The translations under genes and the position numbers were made by a program. This document shows positions 23,982 through 34,900 of a stretch of DNA of 64,000 nucleotides, in pieces (within the stretch, counting starts at the first letter, position 1; the number at the start of each line of letters is the position of its first letter). The stretch is from Macrostomum lignano (lineage: Eukaryota): positions 1-64,000 of the forward strand of contig NIVC01001907.1 in assembly GCA_002269645.1 (NCBI GenBank), written 5' to 3'. The notes under the pieces were generated by a model. The model made no database searches and was not told the DNA's origin. It saw only the letters and a list, made by a program, of their open reading frames with translations.

Positions 23982-25300
23982 CGAGGGGTGATCAAAAAGT
24001 TCTGCAACCTTTTGTTATAGCTTTTAGTTATAGAATCGGGAAAAGCCAAAAACTTACACATATGCAGCTGTATCTGTTTGCTATATTTATATGCATTTTT
24101 GGCTTCCAAATGTGCTCCAGTAAAATTTCACAGCCATATATTTTCCATGTGTTTTCAGTAGCTGATGGAAACAACAAAAGACAGTGTTCGCTTCTATATC
24201 TTTATGTGCATGCAACTTGGTTGCAAAGTGACTGAGATTCACACCGATCTGGTGAATGTTTTAGCTGACTCTGCTCCATCATTTGACATGGTTGCCCGCT
24301 GGCTGCGCCATTTCTTGGAAGGCTGGGACAGCTTCAACGATGAACCGAGGTCTGGCTGACCCTGGACATCCGTGACCGAAGATGTTGTGGCCCATGCCGA
24401 TGCAATAATTCGTGAGGATTGGAGCATTATGCTGAGGTTCCTTGCCTATGAGCTTGGTGTCAGCTGTGGAAGTGCTCATAACATCATGCATGAGCAACTA
24501 GGCCGCACAAAGACCTGCGCTCGGTGGGTACCCCATCTTCTCACTCCGGAGCAGCAAGCAGAGAGGGTGCGCATCTGTCGCTTGTGGCTGCAAATTTTTG
24601 AGCCCCACGGCCCACGACGACTGTCGGATGTCATCACAGGAGACGAATGTTGGATCTCCTTCTTTTACCATGAAGGATAAGCAGTCCAACATGGTCTGGC
24701 TGGCAGAAGATGAGCCAAGGCCTGAGGTGCTGAAGACCGGATTCCGCAGTCGGAAGCGGATGTTCACCATTTTTTTCAACTCTCAGGGTGTTGTATCGGT
24801 GAACATCCTTCCAGCGGGTGCCACAGTGACTGCCAGGTACTACACAGACACTGTTCTGCCAGGCGTGCTGCAGGAGCGGCAGGAACGTGCGCGAACCAGG
24901 CATGGACCTCGACTCTTGCTGCACCATGACAATGTGGCACCGCACAGAGCGGCATCAACCATGGCGTGCCTGGAGCAGCAGGGGGTCCGGCTGCTGCCCC
25001 ATCCACCCTACTCTCTAGACCTAGCACCTTGCGACTTTTGGCTGTTCCCGAGGATCAAATCCGTCATTTCTGGGAGGCCGTTTTCACGCATGCAAGACCT
25101 TGCCCAAGCGGTACATTCAGCTCTACAGGGCATACCAACTTCGGAGTACCATGACTGCTTTTAGACATGGTGCACACGGATACGACGGTGCATAGATAGT
25201 GGTGGAAAGTACTTTTAGGGAATGTGACACTGATTAGACGCCTCGGCTGCTGTAGCACAGAGTTGTGAGGTCACTTGCAGAACTTTTTGATCACCCCTCG
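23982..25300 (+). mobile_element. Full-length mariner (DD34D, irritans-like) with a pseudogenised transposase
   Basis: TA TSDs; perfect 26-bp TIRs CGAGGGGTGATCAAAAAGTTCTGCAA. ORF from 24165 with WVPHLL, TGDE, HDN-x34-D (SLDLAPCD) and GGKYF. Stops near 24358 and 25163 and a +1 frameshift near 24665. Confidence 0.97.
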
Positions 25301-26248
25301 TATTAATATTGTATTTGCGTTGACAATATTCGAGAGTTAATCAAACCAAAAAATTGCTATTTGCATTGCAACTTATACATGTTTTTTAACATGTACATGT
25401 AACCCACATTTAATGTAACAAATGCTACATGGATAATAATTATAATATATAATTATAATATATAATAATAGTATTATTCTATTAATAAGTAATAATAAAA
25501 AGCTAAAAATAATAGCTCAACTAATCTATATATATGCTGATATACGTTGATTTAATATCTGTTGCCAGATTGTCTGTTGCCAGATTGTCTTGTTGCTGGA
25601 CTGTCTGGAAGCCCTCTAAAACCCCCTATTCCCCATGTCCAAATGGTTGGTTTTAGATGCCTATGTATAGTTGGGTTCAAGCTACCAAAAAATGAAGCTC
25701 AAATTTGAAATCAGCACTATCAACAACCCCTATAGAGGCAAAATTATGCTCCTATTAAAATTGCAACTAATTTATCCAGATAAACTTAAAGAAGCCGAAT
25801 TTTATACTTAGCTTTAAAACATTAGGGGCTTAACCTAAACCCAGCTCAAGTTTATTGACAAAATGGCTTTCACAATCTTCAAAACAGGGCCTGAGACAGT
25901 TTAAAATAATACTATTTGCCTTGGTTTAGGCCTAGTTAGGCCAAAAGCCTAACTGAAATAAAATATTGCAGTACCTACATCTATTCTATAATATAAACTA
26001 TATGCAGACTTACAATCTATAAGATCCTTTAGAAACTGATCTTGCCTTTTGACAATTTTAAGCCTATCTGGCATAACTAGGACCTACAGATTATTTTAAA
26101 TCTATTTGTCAAAAGGAATAGCAGTAGCCTAGCTGCCCTAGCAGATAGGCCATAATAAGTGTTTTGGCTTTGCATTTTAATAAAAATCAAAGGTAGTAAT
26201 TATACTTGCAAGGAATATAACAATAATATCTGACTATAGATAGCCTAC

Positions 26249-26305
26249 CTTCACAAAAAGAAAAAACTCTTTCATTTCCTCTTCGATGACACGTGGCGTG
26301 ACCAT
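26249..26305 (-). CDS. MED23: Probable MED23 first coding exon (MVTPRVIEEEMKEFFLFVK)
   Basis: ATG-initiated 19 codons ending AAG|GTAGGC (phase 0). Resembles human METQLQSIFEEVVK. Implies a 10.4-kb TE-filled intron 1. Confidence 0.6.
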
Positions 26306-29300
26306 ATTATGATTAGGATAAGAAACTGGCATCGACAGTGGCATACTCATGTTTTTGCTAATTAAACTGAAGCACTAAACTTGAAAATAAAAGAAGTTAG
26401 TGATGACAGGCACAATAAATATTATCATTCGGTAATGAATAGATATACTTTATTTTTAGGTCGAACTTAACATGATAAAACTGTTGCAACAACTACCACC
26501 AGCCAGCCAGGCCCCGCGTGCCTAGCATGCACATGATATCGTAAATTTAAAATGCAAGTTTCTTTGAAAGAATAGTCAAGCGATAAACAAAATGCACGAA
26601 TAAAGCTCATCGGATGAAGAGATAAAATAATGACGATATTATTCACATGATTAAGTTTATTTTAATGCATACCTAAATTAAAAACAACGATAAATTGAGA
26701 AATATTTCAATTTAGATTTTTAATCAAAATTGATCTGTTAAGTGAATGTGAATCTTTCCCTTAGTATATTTATAATATTATTTAACAATATATTGGATAC
26801 TATTTAGGAAATATGAAAATTACGTATTCAATCTCTTCAGATGAATAATCCACTTAGTAACAGCGTTAAAAAGTGTATACATGCAATAATTAAATTTGAT
26901 CACGGCCTTGCATGGGTACTACTACTGCGTACAGAATCTGCAAGGGGCGTGGCTATATGTACATCTTCAAATAGCTGGGTACCCATTTCTCTTCTAGTAT
27001 ACGTCATTTAATTCAAGTTTGGAGAGGTGGTGTGTTGGAGCTGGGGAAAAGCTGCAATCTACTCGATCGGAACATTGTTCTACTGCATGCATCATGGCCA
27101 GATCGCCTTATTTGGGCCACCCTCCGCCATTGGTGGAAATTTCCAACTGAAAAAAGTCTTCTAAAAGGAATAGATTAATTTATTATGCGAACAACCATTG
27201 TATGTACAGCTAATATACTTTGTATTTAATGACTTGCCCGAATTTATGTACGAGCGCGCATCATGCACCATGTACGAGTACATGTACATACTCGTACATG
27301 ACCATAATATGATATCACACGCCATGGCCTTGGCCGGAGAAGAGCTCATACGCAAGAGAGTACATATAATATACGGTGCATATCCCGATCAAAAAGAAGT
27401 TGTCTTAAGACGTCTTAGAATGGTCTTAAGATGGCTAAAGACACCTCAAGACAATTTCAAGATATCTTCCACTTTGCTTCCACAAGCTATCCTGATAAAG
27501 TTGTCTTGAAGATGACTTGAAATTGACTTTTATGAGATGTCTTGTTGAAGACATCTTTAAGACATCACCTTAAAGACTAAAAATTTACATAAACAACTGT
27601 TTCTACACTGTAAGTAGGAAGTTTCAGATACAAATTTATCTAGATCGTTAAAATCAATAAATAATAAAACAAGCAACTATTGTGACATTTATCAAAAAAT
27701 TTTGTTGTATTGTAGTCTGTGGAAGGTGTGCCTATTATTAAAAATCCTTTACGCTTTTGGAGTGCAATTATATGCAATTTTTTGTATTGAGTCGTTACAA
27801 ACTCTGAGACAAAGTTTAACTACAACAGTTTTGATTAGAGTAAATATATTTACAAAATTCTAAACAGCTAAGCATTAAAAAAGACTAAGTTGCAATATAT
27901 ATCGGTGATGCTTTTGTTAAAAACAGCTAAAATCAATATGGCGGAACGACATTTTTAAAAAGGACTAAAAGACAACCTTGTTCACCGTGAAGGCCACTAA
28001 CTACTGAATTCACCGGCACTTGGGTTCACCGGATTTTTAACTTTATTTTTAAGGCTTAAAAATATACATAATCGATAGCGCAAGTAAAACTAGAGATGCG
28101 CCTAGATTTTTGGCTCTGCGCGTTCTCTTAGTGTGAAACTAACTACTGAATTCACCGGCACTTGGGTTCACCGGATTTTTAACTTTATTTTTAAGGCTTA
28201 AAAATATACATAATCGATAGCGCAAGTAAAACTAGAGATGCGCCTAGATTTTTGGCTCTGCGCGTTGCCCCTGGACATCAGGAGGGCGATTTTTGTTATT
28301 TTTTGGGGGGTGAAACCGGCGGTGAACCCAATAAATCCTTCCAGAGAGCTGAAAACCTGTCATGCAATATTTCAAAGCAAAATATAGGCAGATTTCGACG
28401 TGCGCATAAAATTTCAGCGTTGCGCGTTGCTCCTGAACTGCAGGAGAACGTTTTTTTGTTAAATTCCGGTGTTGAATGACTGCCGCTGAACTCCGCGGTG
28501 AACGAAATTAAGTGCGTTTCCCGAGTCAAAAAATAGTAAATTTTCCTATTAAAAAAGTTATCAAATTAAAGTTTTATCACTTTCATCAGCATTTTTGCAC
28601 TCAATTTTGTGTTGACTGTTAAGCTATTTATTTTAATGCAAAGCGAAAACATTAAAAAATATTTCGAACTGCGAGTCTTTATTGCGCAACGTGGCAGCAG
28701 GCAGTTACAGCGCACTTGCGCATAAAAAATACATTATATTTATACGCCGTGTGGTATTTTTGTGGCCATACTTAATAATGAAGCCTTTTATGCTGTTTTA
28801 CTGCCTATATTTTTAGATTTATTTTTCAATTACGTCTTGAAACATGCAGTCAAAGTGTTAATATCAGTATAGGCAATAAAATAAAATTGGCATTTCTTGG
28901 CTTGATGCTTTTTACAACTTGTTAAAACCTCTATTTTAATATTTCTTCTCTTCTAATAAGTCAAATTATAAACATAATATCTATTTAAGATTCCATAGTG
29001 CTTTTCCATTAAGTATAAATTCAATTATATCAGGCAGGCACTTAGTAAACTTTTATAAAATAATAACTATAACATGCAATAAAAATATTGACTATACTAG
29101 CCTATTTAATTACTTGTAATTTTATGTAATATTACTAGCCAATAAATATTTTTATATTTGATTTCATTGTAATTATAAAAAATTTAAAAAATTCTGTATA
29201 TTTATAACATTGTTGACTCATAAAATTCTTTCTTGTTTTTTCTCCTAACCATAATTAATATTTCAAAAAATATACATCAAGAATTATTAATTTTTCTTGA

Positions 29301-29831
29301 TTTGTAAATAAAAATATTACCCTGCAATTTCAATATTTTTCATGTATTTTATATAAAATGCGCAATTTCATGTGTTTTTTGTGTTTCCATCAGTTTAGCT
29401 TGGGCTAACTAGAAACTGCAGACTGACAGAATGCATTTCTTTCTCCGGGATATTGCTTCTTTCTAAGTTAAAGAGACCAATATGCTCATTAGGAGTAGCT
29501 TTATGCCCAGAAGCACAGTACGCACAATAAATTGTGTTTTTTGTGTTTCCATCAGTTTAGCCTGTTATTGGGCTTTCTAGAAACTGCAGACTGACAGAAT
29601 GTATTCCTTTTTCAGGGATACTGTTTCTTTCCAAGTTAAAGAGACGAATCTGCTTCATACCAACGTCTTAATCGCTAAAATCACAGTAACACAATAAATT
29701 CGGAACCCACTTTCCCTTTTTACTTGCGTTTATTAACGATGCGTACACTGTTTTCGAAGCGCAAGGTCCTCTACCTGCGAATGCTGCTTTTTGTCGGCGT
29801 TTGAGTTGAGGCTACTGATGTTCAAGAAGCG

Positions 29832-30090
29832 ACAGCTCTAGGACCAGATGGACAAGATGTCTATGCCACGTTTCCTACTGCGGAAGTGAAAAAGTACGAG
29901 GATTTGATCAAGAAGTTTGATGTCTACTGCCAGCCTCTCTCCAACGAGACATTTGAAAGCTATCAGCTGCGCACCAGAATGCAAGGAGAAGCGGAGGACT
30001 TCGACCAGTTCATGGGTTCTCTACGCCAGCTCGTGAAGCGCTGCAACTACAGCAAACCTGACAACGACGAGATCAAGAACAGCATCTTCG
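29832..30090 (+). mobile_element. Gypsy/Ty3 gag fragment
   Basis: TALGPDGQDVYATF..YCQPLSNETFESYQLRTRMQGEAEDFDQFMGSLRQLVKRCNY; same family as the gag at 54575-55180. Confidence 0.85.
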
Positions 30091-30104
30091 ATATCTTCGA
30101 TAGC

Positions 30105-31310
30105 TTACAGCCTGTCCTTCTGGCTGTTGGGGTGAAGCGCGAGAAGCGCGGGCCCGCTCACGATACGCCCGAAGGTTCTTGGCTTGGTCCAGCGCGCGCT
30201 GGATCAGGCCGGACCTCCGGGTGCTCCTGGCGGGTCTGCGATTGGGATTTCCGGTTCCAGCAGCGCGAACTGCCCTACCAGGCATAGGATCGGCCGTTTG
30301 CCTCGGCTTCTTTGCCGGAGGAGCCTAGGCCCCAGTTCCGGTTTCGGAAGCCTTGGCATTCTTGGCTTCATCAGCTTTCCGCTCCTCGCAACGGAGGATG
30401 GTCAGCTGAGTCAGACCAAGAGCCTCTTCACGGCAATCGATTCTCGAACCAGAATCGGTTCGGATTTCCAAGAAAAAAAGCAGTATAACTATTTAACTTT
30501 GTTGAATGTTTGACTGCCTTAACAGCCTCAATTCGCACTATTTTTCACTTTCTTCTTGGCTATTGCCATTTAATAATCACAATTTTAAAGCACTAATATC
30601 CCTCTAGTTTAGGAGACAAAAAGTTATACTTTACAAATTGGTTCTGGTTCTAGAACCAGAACAAGCAATATGAAGAGCCTTCATATTGCTTGTTCTTGCC
30701 GAGCTTGCCAAGACGAGCTTGCCGAGCTTCTTGGGCCAGTTCAGCTTGGGCAGAAGCTCGCGTAGACTGCGGCTGCTCTCCTCCGAGCTGCACCAGATGA
30801 AGATGCAGCCGTCGGTCTTGGCGGACTTGACCACGCTCACAGGGCGGCCCGCCAGGAGCTGGTCGATGAGCGCAGCATCGATGGTGCGCCAGGCACTGTC
30901 GAGCTCGTCGGCCGTGAGGTCTTGCTCTTCCCCGAAGACGATGACCGCCGGTTGGAGCTTGACCTTTGAGGCGTAATTAGTGCGGCGGTTTCCCAGCTCA
31001 CCAGCGGGGGTTGTATCCTTGGGGGCAGGGGTTGCTGTGGCTCCTTTCGGGCCAACAGCAGCCTCGTCCTCCCTAGGTTCCCCCTCCGCCGGTGGTCGGC
31101 CCGCAGTGGCCGTCGCTGCTCGTTGCGGCGTTGGTTGCGGGCGCGTCGGGCTTCAGCGGAGGGCCCGGTTGCGCGTGCGGGCATGTCACCGGCCGAGCCG
31201 GCGGCAAGCCCATCTGCCCCCAGTGGGGCGGCGCTCGTGCCAGAGTCACCGGCCGGAGTTGCCGGGGCCCCGGCTTCAGCGGGGTTGAAAGAGGCGGATG
31301 ACGCCATAGC
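30105..31310 (-). mobile_element. LINE ORF1-like fragments including a DUF4780-like domain
   Basis: Basic low-complexity segment, then VIVFGEEQDLTADELDSAWRTIDAALIDQLL..GCIFIWCSSEESSRSLRELLPKLNWP, resembling DUF4780 of non-LTR ORF1. Broken by an AT-rich spacer (~30480-30640). Domain call is by eye only. Confidence 0.5.
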
Positions 31311-31314
31311 TGAA

Positions 31315-31940
31315 AGCGGGAAGGATGAGATGAGGCACGGTGCTGATGAGATGAGACGCTTCGCTTCGCTGAAGGCCATCTCGCATTTTGCGTCCCAGTT
31401 CCATGGCGTGTCCTTGCGCAGGAGCGCTGTTAGCGGCTCGGCGACGTGAGACAGGTTCTTGATGTAGAACTGGAAGAACTTTGCAAAGCCAAGGAATGAG
31501 GCTAACTTTGCCGTATTGGTGGGTGCCTTGAGTCCCGATACGGACTCGGTGTGCGACTGGAGAGGTTGAATTCCCGCTGCGCTGACGCGGTGTCCAACGA
31601 ACTCGATCTCCGACGCCTTGAAGGTTGCACTTCTTGAGGTTGACGGTTACTCGATGCTGCAGCAGCTTGTCCAGTACCTGAAGTACGCGACTTTCGTGCT
31701 CAGCTTCAGTACCGGCGTGAACGGCGATGTCGTCTTGATAGTGAACGACGCCTCTGATGCCTTGGAGGATCTTGCCGACGAGCTTCTGGAAGGCCGCCGG
31801 ATCCGAGCTGATGCCGAACGGCATGCGTCTGAAACGGTAGAGGCCGAATTCGGTGTGGAAGCAGGTCAGATTCTTGGCGTCATCGTGCAGAGGCAGCTGT
31901 AGATACGACTGGTTGAGGTTGATTCGTGAGAAAAACTTCG
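31315..31940 (-). mobile_element. Gypsy/Ty3 reverse transcriptase fragment (inactive)
   Basis: KFFSRINLNQSYLQ..RMPFGISSDPAAFQ..YQDD..KCN/frameshift/..FVGH..SFLG..W.WD..CEMAFSEAKRLISSAPCL. The first catalytic Asp reads Asn. Confidence 0.92.
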
Positions 31941-34900
31941 AATTGTAAACCTCAAATATATTACTAATTTAAAATTTTAAAACACGTTTCCATTCTTTTG
32001 AATTAGAATAGCAGGTATGTTCAGAGCTAAAATAATTCTGGTTTAACAATTTTATGCCTTACTTTATTTCATTCACAACTCTCGCTGCACTACTCATAGT
32101 AAAGTAGTACAGATGTATCAATGTTGTTGCAACAACATTGCCAATTTTGACAATGGCACGACAAAAAATCTCTTGTGACAACATTGATGTCAACAATTCA
32201 GCAACACGAGGAATATCCGGAAAAAGGAATACATTCTGTCAGTCTGCAGTTTCTAGATAGCCCAATAACAGGCTAAACTGATGGAAACACAAAAAACACA
32301 ATTTATTGTGCGTACTGTGCTTCTGGGCATAAAGCTACTCCTAATGAGCATATTGGTCTCTTTAACTTAGAAAGAAGCAATATCCCGGAGAAAGAAATGC
32401 ATTCTGTCAGTCTGCAGTTTCTAGTTAGCCCAAGCTAAACTGATGGAAACACAAAAAACACATGAAATTGCGCATTTTATATAAAATACATGAAAAATAT
32501 TGAAATTGCAGGGTAATATTTTTATTTACAAATCAAGAAAAATTAATAATTCTTGATGTATATTTTTTGAAATATTAATTATGGTTAGGAGAAAAAACAA
32601 GAAAGAATTTTATGAGTCAACAATGTTATAAATATACAGAATTTTTTAAATTTTTTATAATTACAATGAAATCAAATATAAAAATATTTATTGGCTAGTA
32701 ATATTACATAAAATTACAAGTAATTAAATAGGCTAGTATAGTCAATATTTTTATTGCATGTTATAGTTATTATTTTATAAAAGTTTACTAAGTGCCTGCC
32801 TGATATAATTGAATTTATACTTAATGGAAAAGCACTATGGAATCTTAAATAGATATTATGTTTATAATTTGACTTATTAGAAGAGAAGAAATATTAAAAT
32901 AGAGGTTTTAACAAGTTGTAAAAAGCATCAAGCCAAGAAATGCCAATTTTATTTTATTGCCTATACTGATATTAACACTTTGACTGCATGTTTCAAGACG
33001 TAATTGAAAAATAAATCTAAAAATATAGGCAGTAAAACAGCATAAAAGGCTTCATTATTAAGTATGGCCACAAAAATACCACACGGCGTATAAATATAAT
33101 GTATTTTTTATGCGCAAGTGCGCTGTAACTGCCTGCTGCCACGTTGCGCAATAAAGACTCGCAGTTCGAAATATTTTTTAATGTTTTCGCTTTGCATTAA
33201 AATAAATAGCTTAACAGTCAACACAAAATTGAGTGCAAAAATGCTGATGAAAGTGATAAAACTTTAATTTGATAACTTTTTTAATAGGAAAATTTACTAT
33301 TTTTTGACTCGGGAAACGCACTTAATTTCGTTCACCGCGGAGTTCAGCGGCAGTCATTCAACACCGGAATTTAACAAAAAAAACGTTCTCCTGCAGTTCA
33401 GGAGCAACGCGCAACGCTGAAATTTTATGCGCACGTCGAAATCTGCCTATATTTTGCTTTGAAATATTGCATGACAGGTTTTCAGCTCTCTGGAAGGATT
33501 TATTGGGTTCACCGCCGGTTTCACCCCCCAAAAAATAACAAAAATCGCCCTCCTGATGTCCAGGGGCAACGCGCAGAGCCAAAAATCTAGGCGCATCTCT
33601 AGTTTTACTTGCGCTATCGATTATGTATATTTTTAAGCCTTAAAAATAAAGTTAAAAATCCGGTGAACCCAAGTGCCGGTGAATTCAGTAGTTAGTGTGA
33701 AGGCCGCCTAATTCTCGAACACTTGCTTCTATCTTTTGTAATAAGTTTCAATTTTTCATTGGCTGCTATAGCCTATATAGATTTCTGGTGTAAGCCCTAC
33801 CCTAGATTTATCTTTACTTAATGCGATAGTGTATTACTATTTGTGATGATACATCTACTATCCTCAAATTAAACCTTCCTAATCCTAGTAGTATTTTTTA
33901 CTAATTCTTCCTTGGATAGCTAATAGCTTCTAGGATTGTATTTCATATTCTAGTGCCAGGTGCCAGCAAAAAACCCAGATTGGCCAGAAATGTTTTTATG
34001 CAATAGGCAATAGGGATGCTATGTAACATCCTGACTTAAAAATTACAATTTTAAATTGGACCTTGGATCATTTGGATGCAATGTTTTTTTAGTTAGGCCT
34101 ACTGCATATCTATTGCTATGCCTAGCACTAGTAAGCACTAGTTAACTAATGCATAGTCATGTGGACATTTTAAGTTAGGCCTTAAAAGATTCCGGCATTA
34201 ACTAGAGGCCCATGTACTAGGCCTAAAACTAAAAATATATGTTTTATTTACTTCTAGCTTTTTAAAGTCAAAGTTTTATAGTTGTTGAATTGGCTTATTA
34301 GGTAGGCACTTCAGTGAGAAAATTAAATTTCAGAAATTGTTATAGGCTGCTATTTCACTAGATAGATCTTACTTTCCCATTTCCAAAATGGCCAAACTTT
34401 AGTGATTTGGTTGAGTAATAAGGAAACTACAGCTATTTTAGTAACCCCGATTTGTGCCTTTAGCCAATGGAATTTTTACATTACGGTTTGTGATCATTTT
34501 TGGCCAAAAAGTTGGCTTTTTGTCTTTGAACACTTGTAATTAATTTTCTAGCCAACCAAAATGACTGTGCTTGGTGTCATTTTGTTCAGTTTTTTAGTGT
34601 TAATTGTATGAATTATATATTTTAATATTATTTTATATGCCCAAGTTGCTAAGCTAATTGAAACAGGATGGGTGTATGAAATTTTGACTATTTTAACCAG
34701 ATACGCAATGATTGCAATTTTAAAAATACAATAGCATCTGTTCTGCTTGCTTAATTTATACAAGGCTAGTGTCATTTTGTTCAGGTTTTTACCTACTATA
34801 ATACTATTCTACTTCTTGCCCTAAATTTTTAATGCATGACAGACACCCCAACTGCAATGTAATGTGCTGTACAGGCTTTGCGCATGGGTTTATTAAAAAA

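Larger units (their letters stand above)
20159..25613. mobile_element. Non-autonomous TIR DNA transposon (GG..CC ends, ~150-bp TIRs, 8-bp TSD CTCTAAAA; Merlin/MULE-like)
   Basis: TSD at 20151-20158 and 25614-25621; TIRs 20159-20306 and ~25494-25613 with repeated GACAATCTGGCAACA. Removing the element restores the interrupted host repeat. Confidence 0.8.
27996..33696. mobile_element. Foldback/MULE-like element with ~1.5-kb near-perfect TIRs, 9-bp TSD GTGAAGGCC and captured retroelement cargo
   Basis: TSD at 27987-27995 and 33697-33705; ends ACTAACTACTG..CAGTAGTTAGT; arms 28138-~29620 and ~32213-33696; mirrored ORFs 28252-28479(+) and 33358-33582(-). Confidence 0.9.

Noticed and set aside
27995-33697. 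Reading the foldback as a CACTA element (CACTA..TAGTG, 7-bp TSD)
   Set aside because: Shifting each end by one base gives an exact 9-bp TSD, and the internal copy starts at ACTAAC, so the C belongs to the TSD.
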